DNA of 56,396 nucleotides from Patescibacteria group bacterium. GTDB lineage: Bacteria; Patescibacteriota; Patescibacteriia; Patescibacteriales; UBA12465. Below the pieces are notes generated by a model. That model saw only the letters and a program-made list of their open reading frames with translations, was not told the DNA's origin and ran no database searches. Shown here one piece after another: positions 18,506 through 27,466 of this stretch (its first letter is position 1; the number at the start of each line of letters is the position of its first letter). A program made the translations under genes and the position numbers. The stretch lies in the NCBI GenBank assembly GCA_028705215.1, contig JAQWDY010000004.1, forward strand, positions 17,671 through 74,066. The letters are read 5' to 3'.

Positions 18506-20536
18506 ATGAAATTTAAGATACCTATCATTTTTATTTTATCTTTTCTGTTTTTTATTCCAAATTTAACTCAAGGAAAAGAATTAAAAAGCACCTATCCTCG
18601 TTTAGCTAATTATTATTTAAAATGGGATTTAAGCAATAAGGAGGCTCAAGAATTGGCTAAGTGGGATTTACTAATTTTGGATATGGAAGTGCAAGAAAAT
18701 AGTCCAGAAGCACTTTCTGAAATAAGGCGTTTAAATCCTGATATTATAATTTTAGCCTATATTACTTCGCAAGAAATTATTGATGATATTGATGCTGCTG
18801 CTGGCTATACGGGTGCCTTTTTACGTCGTGAGCTAAGAGCTAATATTCATGATAATTGGTGGTTAAAGGAGGCGTCAGGGAAGAGAATAATGAATTGGCC
18901 CGGAACTTATATGTTAAACTTAAGCAACGTCTCGAAGAAAAATCACTTAGGTGAACGTTTTAATGATTATTTACCTCGTTTTATTGCTGAAAAAATTTAT
19001 AGCCGCGGCCTATTTGATGGTGTTTTTTATGATAACACCTGGGGTGATGTTACTTGGGTAAATGGCAATATTGATATAGATGGAGATAAGAAGCACGATG
19101 AGAGCTCAGAAGTTGACATTCTTTGGTCTGAGGGCTTTATTAATTTATTGCAAAATACCAAAAAATTAACTAATGAAGAATTTATTATTGTTGGTAATGG
19201 TCGAGTGTTTTGGGGTTATCAAAGCTTGATAAATGGGATGATGCTAGAATCTTTTCCTTCGACTTGGGAAAATGGTGGGTCCTGGCAAGGATCAATGGAA
19301 ACCTACTTAAAATTACCCAATCAAAATAAAAATCCTCAACTTAACATTATTAATGTCAACAAAAAAAACCAATTTGATTTCAAGAGCTTTCGTTTTGGAC
19401 TAGTTAGCACCTTGCTTGGTGATGGTTTTTATAGCTATGACTATGATGTTACCAATCATACTCAGGCCTGGTGGTATGATGAATATAATACTAATCTCGG
19501 CCCCGCTCAAAGTATGGCTTATAATTTATTAGATAATAATAGTAATAAATTAGCTCCTGGTTTGTGGCGTCGCGATTTTAAATTTGGTTCAGTTTTACTT
19601 AATTCTACAAATTCAAATCAGATAAAAGTTTTTCAAAACGAAAACTTTGAAAAAATAAAAGGCACACAGGATAAAATAATAAACAATGGTGATAAGGTCA
19701 ATTATATTAAATTAGCACCACAGGATGGTATTGTTTTATTAAAAACTACTGACGATATTTTAAATAGCACTTTTATTAATGGTTATTTTTATCGTGTTTT
19801 TTCTGACAATGGACAACAAGCCCGTAATGGTTTTTTTGCTTTTTCATCGTCTTTTCCTGCTAGCTCTGCCGCGGTAATTGCCGATGGTACGCGACGAGAA
19901 ACTGAGGCGGTAAATTTAATAGCTGATCAGGGAAAAATTACTTTAAATAAAAATGGCAAAGAATTAATGGCTGTTTATCCTTATGATAATTTATTCCGCA
20001 ATAGTTTAAATATTGATACAATGATTAATGATGGCTTTATTGAAATGGTGCTTGTGGGAACAACCTCTGGCGGCGGACCTCAGGTTAGACTATTTTCTGG
20101 AAGTGGTCAGCTTATATCAAGTTTTTTTGCATATGACAAAAATATGCGCGGTGGAGTTAGTGTTGCCTTAGGTGATGTAAATAATGACGGAGTCTTAGAA
20201 ATTGTTACCGGAGCCGGTAGGGGTGATAAGCCAGTTGTAAACGTTTTTACTCTTCAAGGAAAACTACTTAGTAGCTTTTATGCTTATTCGGAAAATTTTA
20301 AAGGAGGCGTTAAAGTTGCGGTTGGCGATATTTCTGGTAATGGTTTTCAGGAAATTGTTACTATACCAGGATTAGGCGGTGGACCACAGGTACGAATATT
20401 TACTGACCAGGGAAGAGTATTGGGGCAATTTTTTGCCTACGATCAAACAGCTCGTAGCGATTGGCAAATTTCCTTAGCAGACACAAATAGTGATAATAAA
20501 AAAGAGATTATGGTTGGTATAAAAAATATTTATTAA
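18506..20536 (+). CDS. Secreted protein: N-terminal putative glycoside-hydrolase-like (GHL/GH114-type TIM-barrel) domain plus C-terminal FG-GAP/VCBS repeats
   Basis: Signal peptide MKFKIPIIFILSFLFFIPNLTQG. The N-domain is paralogous to ORF 42350-43519 (NPDIIILAY, WPGTYMLNLS, FDGVFYDN). Three or more repeats of the type GDVNNDGVLEIVTGAG...PQVRIF. Confidence 0.7.
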   Translation: MKFKIPIIFILSFLFFIPNLTQGKELKSTYPRLANYYLKWDLSNKEAQELAKWDLLILDMEVQENSPEALSEIRRLNPDIIILAYITSQEIIDDIDAAAGYTGAFLRRELRANIHDNWWLKEASGKRIMNWPGTYMLNLSNVSKKNHLGERFNDYLPRFIAEKIYSRGLFDGVFYDNTWGDVTWVNGNIDIDGDKKHDESSEVDILWSEGFINLLQNTKKLTNEEFIIVGNGRVFWGYQSLINGMMLESFPSTWENGGSWQGSMETYLKLPNQNKNPQLNIINVNKKNQFDFKSFRFGLVSTLLGDGFYSYDYDVTNHTQAWWYDEYNTNLGPAQSMAYNLLDNNSNKLAPGLWRRDFKFGSVLLNSTNSNQIKVFQNENFEKIKGTQDKIINNGDKVNYIKLAPQDGIVLLKTTDDILNSTFINGYFYRVFSDNGQQARNGFFAFSSSFPASSAAVIADGTRRETEAVNLIADQGKITLNKNGKELMAVYPYDNLFRNSLNIDTMINDGFIEMVLVGTTSGGGPQVRLFSGSGQLISSFFAYDKNMRGGVSVALGDVNNDGVLEIVTGAGRGDKPVVNVFTLQGKLLSSFYAYSENFKGGVKVAVGDISGNGFQEIVTIPGLGGGPQVRIFTDQGRVLGQFFAYDQTARSDWQISLADTNSDNKKEIMVGIKNIY

Positions 20537-20542
20537 AAAAAT

Positions 20543-21625
20543 ATGATAAAAAAAATAACACATTATTTGAATAAGAGATTTAATCGTTTTTATCGCCGCA
20601 GTCGCATTTACATGATAGTAGACATCGCTTTAATTGCGGTTGTTATTATTTTAGCTGCACTTCTTCTACGCCTTTATGCTTTTCAACCAGAAATAAGTTT
20701 AGCTCCTTGGAGCAAGCCAGCTCCAAAAGAAGAAATTAATTTAGATAACCCACCCTTAGATTTAAACTATGATGTAGCTACCACTAATATCTATTGGCAG
20801 GAAGGCGCAATATTAACCTTGCGCTTAAAAAATAATAGTAGCCAATTACTAACTGACATTAAATTAAATTTAATTTCTCGATCTAATTCCTTCTCTTTAT
20901 CGCGTTTAGAGTTTTCCACTGAACAGAAAACAAGTCTTTCTGGCATAGAAATAAAGGGCTTTGATTTGTTTTTAAATGAGCTAGCACCCGGCACCGACAG
21001 AGAAGTTAATCTATTGGTTAAATTTAAAAAGGAAAATAACAATTCCCGCATTATCACTGGCAGAATAGATAGTGAGTATAAGGTCTTAGGCCAAACCATA
21101 AAAGAAACTTTGGATTTAATTGATCTACATGTCGCTTCAGAGATCTTAGTTAAAGCTGATGCTTATTATACCAGTCCGCAAGGGGATCAATTGGGAGCTG
21201 GGCCCTTTCCGCCAATTACTACTTTACCAACTACTTTCTGGGTGTTTTTTCAAGCTGACACGGTGGCCGATTTTAATAACTTTGTTATGAGTGGTCGCTT
21301 GCCAAATAATGTTGAATATACGGGCAACCAATCATTATTATCGGGAAAATTAAATTATAACGCTGATGCTCGTCAAATAATTTGGCAGGTTGAAAAAGTA
21401 AGTCCTGATAGTGGTAGTTATCGAGCTGGTTTTGAGGTTACTCTAACGCCAAGTGAGACTGATATTGATTCGTATGCGACTCTTGTAAATTCAATTAGAT
21501 TTCAAAGCAAAGATATCTTTACTGGCCTTACCGTTAGTGGCAACTTACCAGCAATTGATACAAGTTTAAAAAAAGATACTATAAATAGTGGTGATGGCAT
21601 AGTTCAAGACTTAAACAATATTTAA
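20543..21625 (+). CDS. Membrane-anchored extracytoplasmic protein, unknown function
   Basis: 360 aa. Basic N-terminus plus one TM helix (MIVDIALIAVVIILAALLL), then a beta-rich ectodomain. The gap to the upstream gene is 6 nt. Confidence 0.55.
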   Translation: MIKKITHYLNKRFNRFYRRSRIYMIVDIALIAVVIILAALLLRLYAFQPEISLAPWSKPAPKEEINLDNPPLDLNYDVATTNIYWQEGAILTLRLKNNSSQLLTDIKLNLISRSNSFSLSRLEFSTEQKTSLSGIEIKGFDLFLNELAPGTDREVNLLVKFKKENNNSRIITGRIDSEYKVLGQTIKETLDLIDLHVASEILVKADAYYTSPQGDQLGAGPFPPITTLPTTFWVFFQADTVADFNNFVMSGRLPNNVEYTGNQSLLSGKLNYNADARQIIWQVEKVSPDSGSYRAGFEVTLTPSETDIDSYATLVNSIRFQSKDIFTGLTVSGNLPAIDTSLKKDTINSGDGIVQDLNNI

Positions 21626-21629
21626 GAGT

Positions 21630-22781
21630 ATGTTAAATTTGTTACGAAAAATAATTAAACCCAAATATGAAACGCTTAATCGTATTGAGATAGATGCTGA
21701 AAAAATTGTTGCTAATTTTAATTATTTAAAAAGCTTGCAGCCAGAAGCAGAGTTATTTCCGGTTTTAAAAGCGAATGCCTATGGCCATGGGCTAAAAGAG
21801 ATTTGCCAAATTTTGAATCATACTGGTGCTAAAATGATAGCTGTTGATTCTTATCCAGAAGCACAAATAGCTTATCGCTACTTTAAAGGGCAGGTTCTAA
21901 TAATTGGCGAAATGCCACAGAGAGCATATAACTATTGTAAATTGAAAAAAACAGAATTTGTTGTTTACAACAGTGAAACCCTAAGATATATTTCTCGTTT
22001 TAAAAAGAAGGCAAAGATTCATCTTTTTATAAACTCGGGTATGAACAGGGAAGGGATTGTGGATATTGTTCAATTTGTTTCTGATAATAAAGCTTATTTA
22101 GATAAGGTTGAGGTTAGTGGGGTTTGTTCGCATTTTTCTCGAGCCGATAGTCGCTCATTGGTTAATTCTTCGCAAGAAGATGTTTTTTTAGATGCCTTAG
22201 ATAAATTAAGATCACTTGGTTATTTTCCTCGCTTTGTACATCTTGGCAACTCAGCTGCTATTTTTTGGTCTGATAATCGCCTACTTACCGCTTTCCGACC
22301 CGGACTCGCTCTTTATGGTTATAACCCACTTAGCCTGGAAAATGAAATGACAAAAAAATTACAACCAGCTTTAGAAATTTATTCACAAGTTGTGTCTATT
22401 CAAAAAATAAATAGTGGCGAAAGTGTCTCCTATGGTGATTCTTTTTTAGCAAAAAATCCAACACAAATTGCGGTCATTCCCTTTGGTTATTACGAGGGTT
22501 TAGATAGACGGCTTTCTAATGAGGCTCAGTTTTTGGTTTTCACAAACAATGAGTTTATGGCTAAAATAGCTGGAAAAGTCTGCATGAACCTATGTTGCCT
22601 TGATGTGGGAAAAGAAGAGGTAAGTTGCGGCGATGAAGTCCAAATTATTTCTAATCACAGGGAGGCTCTAAATTCAGTGGAAAATATATGCTCTATTTTA
22701 GACACTATCTCTTATGAATTTTTGGTTAAATTACAGCCATCAATTAGGCGTGTTATAATAAATATGGCTAATATTAAATAA
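21630..22781 (+). CDS. alr: Alanine racemase
   Basis: 383 aa with the PLP-lysine motif VLKANAYGHG and a typical length. Confidence 0.92.
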   Translation: MLNLLRKIIKPKYETLNRIEIDAEKIVANFNYLKSLQPEAELFPVLKANAYGHGLKEICQILNHTGAKMIAVDSYPEAQIAYRYFKGQVLIIGEMPQRAYNYCKLKKTEFVVYNSETLRYISRFKKKAKIHLFINSGMNREGIVDIVQFVSDNKAYLDKVEVSGVCSHFSRADSRSLVNSSQEDVFLDALDKLRSLGYFPRFVHLGNSAAIFWSDNRLLTAFRPGLALYGYNPLSLENEMTKKLQPALEIYSQVVSIQKINSGESVSYGDSFLAKNPTQIAVIPFGYYEGLDRRLSNEAQFLVFTNNEFMAKIAGKVCMNLCCLDVGKEEVSCGDEVQIISNHREALNSVENICSILDTISYEFLVKLQPSIRRVIINMANIK

Positions 22782-22788
22782 ATATTTA

Positions 22789-23628
22789 ATGAAAAGAAAG
22801 AAGAAAAACATAATTAAAGCTGATTATCAAGCCAAAAACCTCAAAAATCCCTTTTACCGATCACCGAAGAAGAAAAAGAAGGGAAGTTTGCGGATATTAT
22901 TGTTTTTGATTCCAATTTTTTTAATAGCCTTAACTTACTTATTTTTTTCTGCCCCATTTTTTAAGATAAATAAAATGGAAATTACTGGCTTAGAAAGAAT
23001 TGAAAAGCAAGAAATAAATAATATTTTTGAAGAGCAAAAAAATAATAAAAAAGTTTTATTTCTAAAAGAAAGTAATTTTTTTGTATTTGATAAGAAAGCT
23101 TTTGAAGATAGGCTGATAAATGAGTATAATTTTTCCAAAATAAAAGTAAGAAAAAAAATACCTAACACGATAAGCATTGTTATAAGCGAGCGTCCTTATG
23201 CCTTTATTTTTCAAGAGGGAACTAGCTTCTACTTTGCTTCAGCTGACGCCTACATTATTAAAGATGAGGCGGTAAGTGAAGAATCTAAAAAAAAGTATTT
23301 TATATTAGAAAATAGAAGTCAAATTGTTAAAGTGGCTGAAAATGGAAAAATAAGCATTAAATCTGATTATCTTGATTTTATATTTGCCCTTTATAGTCAA
23401 CTGCTTAAATACCCTGAATTACGCCCTGAGAGGTTAATTATTGAACAAGAGCTCAACTCTGTCTTAGTTGAGTTCAATGAGGGCCCCTTGGTCTATTTTA
23501 ACAGCCAAAAAGACCCAATAATACAAGTTGATGACCTAGCCCTTGTCAAAAAGGAAAAAATAGGAGATAATTTTAATAGTACGAAGTATATTGACTTACG
23601 CTACGGAAATATGATATATATAAATTAA
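22789..23628 (+). CDS. ftsQ: Cell division protein FtsQ/DivIB-like (POTRA domain)
   Basis: Basic N-terminus, a single TM helix (LRILLFLIPIFLIALTYLFF) and a POTRA-like segment INKMEITGLERIEKQEI. Confidence 0.7.
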   Translation: MKRKKKNIIKADYQAKNLKNPFYRSPKKKKKGSLRILLFLIPIFLIALTYLFFSAPFFKINKMEITGLERIEKQEINNIFEEQKNNKKVLFLKESNFFVFDKKAFEDRLINEYNFSKIKVRKKIPNTISIVISERPYAFIFQEGTSFYFASADAYIIKDEAVSEESKKKYFILENRSQIVKVAENGKISIKSDYLDFIFALYSQLLKYPELRPERLIIEQELNSVLVEFNEGPLVYFNSQKDPIIQVDDLALVKKEKIGDNFNSTKYIDLRYGNMIYIN

Positions 23629-23632
23629 GAAT

Positions 23633-23773
23633 ATGGAAGGTTTATTTAAATTTTTATTCGGCTTAGGCATATTTGTGTATTCTTTAGTTTCGGCTGGAAT
23701 ATTTTTACTTATTATTAAAATTGTGTTATTATTTCAACCAGAGATAAGATTCATGGGAATTCTCATGAGTTAA
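23633..23773 (+). CDS. Possible 46-aa membrane micro-protein
   Basis: Hand translation gives MEGLFKFLFGLGIFVYSLVSAGIFLLIIKIVLLFQPEIRFMGILMS. The ATG lies 4 nt after the ftsQ stop. There is no homology support. Confidence 0.3.
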   Translation: MEGLFKFLFGLGIFVYSLVSAGIFLLIIKIVLLFQPEIRFMGILMS

Positions 23774-23956
23774 CACTTTGTTCTTTATAATCTAAAAGAA
23801 TAATCTAACTTTTTTTTCATACTATAAGTTTTCTTTTTTGCTTTACTTACTGTAATATTTGTTAATGTGTTTTCGTCCTTTAATTCAGTGTAGGAAGACC
23901 CCTGATCTTATTTGTGAATGCTATTTATTAATGTAAAAAAGGGGTTATTCTTAATT

Positions 23957-23995
23957 GGGGGCTAGGTTTCATGACTGCTTAGCCCCCTTCTTTTT
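23957..23995 (+). terminator. Orphan G+C-rich hairpin plus T-tract in the ftsQ-recombinase spacer
   Basis: GGGGGCTA (23957-23964) pairs with TAGCCCCC (23980-23987) and is followed by TTCTTTTT. The nearest upstream + strand ORF ends ~185 nt earlier. Confidence 0.6.
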
Positions 23996-24129
23996 ATATA
24001 TTATTAAGTTGATTAATATACATTATGCGAAGTATTATTATACAGATTAAATAAGTTCTTACATTACAAGTCATCATCCCCTTCTTGTGCATTTTTATAT
24101 AAAAATCATTTCTTAAACATGAAAATATT

Positions 24130-24138
24130 TGTTATAAT
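24130..24138 (+). promoter_or_regulatory. Extended -10 element TGTTATAAT upstream of the tyrosine recombinase gene
   Basis: TG at 24130-24131 and TATAAT at 24133-24138, 33 nt before the ATG. Confidence 0.45.
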
Positions 24139-24170
24139 ATACTTGGCTTTTAATAATATTTTTTTCTGTT

Positions 24171-25124
24171 ATGAGCATTAAACCACTAATTAAATATCTC
24201 CCTGACTTCCTTGATTATTGTGAAATAGAAAAAGGCTTATCTGTCAAGACCCAAGAAAATTATGGTCGCTTTCTTAATAAGTTTTTTTTCTGGCTAGAAA
24301 GTGAGGGCCTAGCCTCTTTGCCACCAGAAAAACTAAATAATAAGCACATTTGGAATTATAAAGTCTTTCTCTCTCGTCATATTGATAAAATAAAGAAGCG
24401 ACCCTTAAAGAAAACTACTCAGAATTACTATTTAATTGCTCTTCGCTCATTATTAGAATTCTTCGTGGAAAAGGAGATCACTTCCCTGCCACCATCAAAA
24501 GTAAAATTAGCAAAAGATAAGGCTGACAAAGAGGTGAAATTTTTAAAATTAGAGCAATTATCTCGACTCTTAAATGCGCCAAATACTAGCACTATAATTG
24601 GTTTACGAGACAAGGCTTTACTTGAGACTCTTTTCTCCACCGGACTGCGCGTCGCTGAACTTGCCGCCTTAAATCGTGATCAGGTAAAAATAAGACCTGA
24701 CACTGAATATTTAGAAATCGCCATTATCGGCAAAGGAGAAAAAATCAGAACAGTCTATTTTTCCCAAAGAGCCATAATTGCTATTGACACATATTTAAAT
24801 AAACGTCAAGACCTTGATGAGGCTCTTTTTATTAATTATAAAAGAGGTGCGGAAAAAAGTGATAAATCAAGACGCCTAACAATTAAAAGCATAGAAGATA
24901 TTGTTAAAAAGTACGTTATAATTGCCGGTTTGCCTGTAATGGCGACCCCTCATACATTGCGCCACTCCTTCGCCACCGACCTGCTAAATTCAGGAGTAGA
25001 CCTAAGAACCGTACAGGAGTTTCTAGGGCATAGCAACATTGCTACAACTCAAATTTATACTCATGTTACCAATAAACAATTGCGAGACATTCATCGCCGT
25101 GTTCATGATAAAAAACGTTTTTAA
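24171..25124 (+). CDS. Tyrosine site-specific recombinase, XerC/XerD family
   Basis: 317 aa. Catalytic-region motifs [19 protein letters not shown] and [15 protein letters not shown]. Confidence 0.9.
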   Translation: MSIKPLIKYLPDFLDYCEIEKGLSVKTQENYGRFLNKFFFWLESEGLASLPPEKLNNKHIWNYKVFLSRHIDKIKKRPLKKTTQNYYLIALRSLLEFFVEKEITSLPPSKVKLAKDKADKEVKFLKLEQLSRLLNAPNTSTIIGLRDKALLETLFSTGLRVAELAALNRDQVKIRPDTEYLEIAIIGKGEKIRTVYFSQRAIIAIDTYLNKRQDLDEALFINYKRGAEKSDKSRRLTIKSIEDIVKKYVIIAGLPVMATPHTLRHSFATDLLNSGVDLRTVQEFLGHSNIATTQIYTHVTNKQLRDIHRRVHDKKRF

Positions 25125-25145
25125 TAACATCCTCTCTTTCTAACA

Positions 25146-25173
25146 AAAAAGACTATTAAAAATAGCCTTTTTT
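25146..25173. terminator. AT-rich hairpin between the convergent recombinase and M23 genes
   Basis: AAAAAGACTATT / AATAGCCTTTTT with one mismatch. Confidence 0.45.
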
Positions 25174-25201
25174 ATAAAAATAATTTATTTTTTAAAATAA
25201 T

Positions 25202-26437
25202 TTAAGGTAAATAATTTAAGGGATTAACTGGGATGCCATTTTTTCGTACCTCAAAATGAAGGTGGGGTCCAGTTGAAAAGCTACCAGAACCGGGTGTACC
25301 TGGCGTTCCACCCGACTTCCCTATTATTTGTCCCTTTACTACATATTGATCAACTTTCACATGAACAGCCGATACGTGACCATAAACAGTGGCCAAATTA
25401 TTTCCATGGATTATCATAATATAACCGTAATTTTTTGAACCATCAAAACTCACCTTAGCAACATAACCATCAGCGGCCGCATACAGGCTTGAACCCTGAG
25501 CTGCTCTTATATCAATAGCTGAATGCTCACCAATGATTTTACGATAGGGGTAGTCAGGATCATGGAAGGTTGAGGTAATGTAATTTTTTGTTACTGGCCA
25601 AGTTAGGGTGCTATCACCGGATTCTAGCTTATCTTTATCCTTAGCTGACATCTTCTGCCTAATTAGACTCTCAGCATTATTTATTTCCGCCTGAGCCTTA
25701 TTTTGTTCCGCCTTAACTCTAGAGAGCAAGGCTTGATATTCTTGTTCCGATTCTTGAGTAATTATTAAAATATTTTCTTTTTGATTTTGCTCATATTGCA
25801 AACTATCCATCTTCTCCTCCAGCTTTTGTTTTAATTTTAACGCTTCTTGGTTTTTATTTTCCAAACTTAATTTGTTTTCTTCCAATTTTTCTTTTTCACC
25901 TTTTAATTCATTTACGCTAAGTGATAATTTTTCATTAGTGTTTTGTAGGTATTTTATTTGATTTAAAAAATCAGACAAACTGTCGTTTAGCAAAAGTGCT
26001 TCTAAAGTTGTAACCTGTTCTTGCTTGTATATTAAACGCAAAAGGCTGGCAATTTGTTCTTTTTGCTTGCCTATTTTTTTATCTAAGTTTTCGCTATCAA
26101 TTTCTGTCTTCCTTATTTCTAAATTAATTTTTTCTATTTCAAGTTGCGTTTCCTCAATATCAAGCTCAGTTTTTGCTAACCTATTTTCAATAATTCCTAA
26201 TTGATTATTCAAACTTACCTTTTCACTTCTTTTTGCCGCAATTTGTTCTTGATACTCCTTTTGTTTTTCTTGCAGAGTTTGAATTTGCTTCTTTTGTAAT
26301 TGAATTTTTAAATTTAAAGATTCAATTTCCCTATCTAACTGATAATCAGAAACCGCCCCTAAAGATTTAAGGCTAAAAAAGGAAACGGTAAAAGCGACGA
26401 AAACTAATAAAGCTAATTTATAATAGTTTTTTTTCAT
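25202..26437 (-). CDS. M23 metallopeptidase with a long N-terminal coiled coil (EnvC-like murein hydrolase)
   Basis: Signal peptide, ~230 aa of heptad-rich Q/E/K sequence, then M23 motifs HSAIDI and GPHLHFEV. Confidence 0.9.
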   Translation of the reverse strand: MKKNYYKLALLVFVAFTVSFFSLKSLGAVSDYQLDREIESLNLKIQLQKKQIQTLQEKQKEYQEQIAAKRSEKVSLNNQLGIIENRLAKTELDIEETQLEIEKINLEIRKTEIDSENLDKKIGKQKEQIASLLRLIYKQEQVTTLEALLLNDSLSDFLNQIKYLQNTNEKLSLSVNELKGEKEKLEENKLSLENKNQEALKLKQKLEEKMDSLQYEQNQKENILIITQESEQEYQALLSRVKAEQNKAQAEINNAESLIRQKMSAKDKDKLESGDSTLTWPVTKNYITSTFHDPDYPYRKIIGEHSAIDIRAAQGSSLYAAADGYVAKVSFDGSKNYGYIMIIHGNNLATVYGHVSAVHVKVDQYVVKGQIIGKSGGTPGTPGSGSFSTGPHLHFEVRKNGIPVNPLNYLP

Positions 26438-26472
26438 GCCTTAATTATAGCACATTTTAGCTAACTAGTAAA

Positions 26473-27462
26473 TTATTTATTAAGATAATTATAAGTTTTT
26501 TCTGAAATTGTGCTAATAATATGCTCAAGTTCGCTAAAATCTGAACTGGAACTTAATCTTGCTTTAGTCATAATACAAAGAAGATATGGATTTTTTTCCA
26601 TATAAATTATGCCGCAATCGTGTAGCTGTCTATCAGTTCCAACTATTCTCTCTCCAAACTTATGCGCTACCATAACATTTTCAGGCAACCCCTTGTTCAA
26701 GCCTTGGTTAAAAGTAGATTTTGTTAATATCTCTAAAGCTTTCTCAGACATTAGCTCGTCTAAATAAGAAGCGTTATATAAAATTTCAAAAAAAGAAGAG
26801 TACTCTCTGACAGTCATAAAATTCTCTAAACTCTCGCTTCCGGGTACAGACAAGCCTAAATCAGTATAAACCTGATTCATAAAATTAGGATCTAGGTGAT
26901 AAATTAAGGTATTTGCCGCTTGATTATCCGAATAATTAATTGCATACTGCAACAACTCCTCAACAGTATACTCCTTATTATTTTCTACTGACTTAGCGGG
27001 TTGAATATTCTGCAAGGCTGTCTGAAAATCAAAAAATTTTACTTTTAATTTTTTTTGCAAAATATTAGAATCATATTCAGCTAACTTTAAATAGGTAATC
27101 ATAAGTGGCACCTTTAACAAGCTAGCTGGCGAAAACTTAAAGTCACGATTAATCGAAATCCAAGAATCGTCACTTAAATTATGAAAATATACAGCAATTT
27201 CTTCAACGTTTCCTTGCCCTATTTCTTTTGTGATAAAAGCTCTCATGTCTTTTTCTAAATTGGTAATTTTAGAAACATTGATTTGACTGTCAGCGCACTT
27301 TAAAAGAGGGCTAATGTAAGTATAACCCGTTTTATGCAAACTTATATCTTGATCAATTGCTCCCTTATTAGCCGGAAAGTATTTTTTTAAACCATAGCCA
27401 AGGGCAATGCTTAAGAGAATTAAAGTGAGAAAAAGATAAAGAGGCAGGGCAATTTTTTTCAT
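26473..27462 (-). CDS. Class-A beta-lactamase-like serine hydrolase (penicillin-binding fold)
   Basis: N-terminal TM/signal sequence. SxxK (ASLLK), SDN (YSDNQAANTL, close to the TEM-type SDNTAAN) and a K[T/S]G-like HKFG. Confidence 0.7.
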   Translation of the reverse strand: MKKIALPLYLFLTLILLSIALGYGLKKYFPANKGAIDQDISLHKTGYTYISPLLKCADSQINVSKITNLEKDMRAFITKEIGQGNVEEIAVYFHNLSDDSWISINRDFKFSPASLLKVPLMITYLKLAEYDSNILQKKLKVKFFDFQTALQNIQPAKSVENNKEYTVEELLQYAINYSDNQAANTLIYHLDPNFMNQVYTDLGLSVPGSESLENFMTVREYSSFFEILYNASYLDELMSEKALEILTKSTFNQGLNKGLPENVMVAHKFGERIVGTDRQLHDCGIIYMEKNPYLLCIMTKARLSSSSDFSELEHIISTISEKTYNYLNK

Positions 27463-27466
27463 TTTT

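Noticed and set aside
24171-25124. The tyrosine recombinase as a marker of an integrated mobile element or genomic island.
   Set aside because: I could find no flanking direct repeats, tRNA target, phage or plasmid genes. The neighbouring genes are ordinary cell-wall and housekeeping genes. The sequence looks like a chromosomal XerC/D-type enzyme.
25560-26330. Apparent periodic repetition in the DNA of the M23 peptidase gene.
   Set aside because: It reflects the heptad-rich coiled-coil (Q/E/K/L) coding sequence. There are no exact nucleotide repeats.
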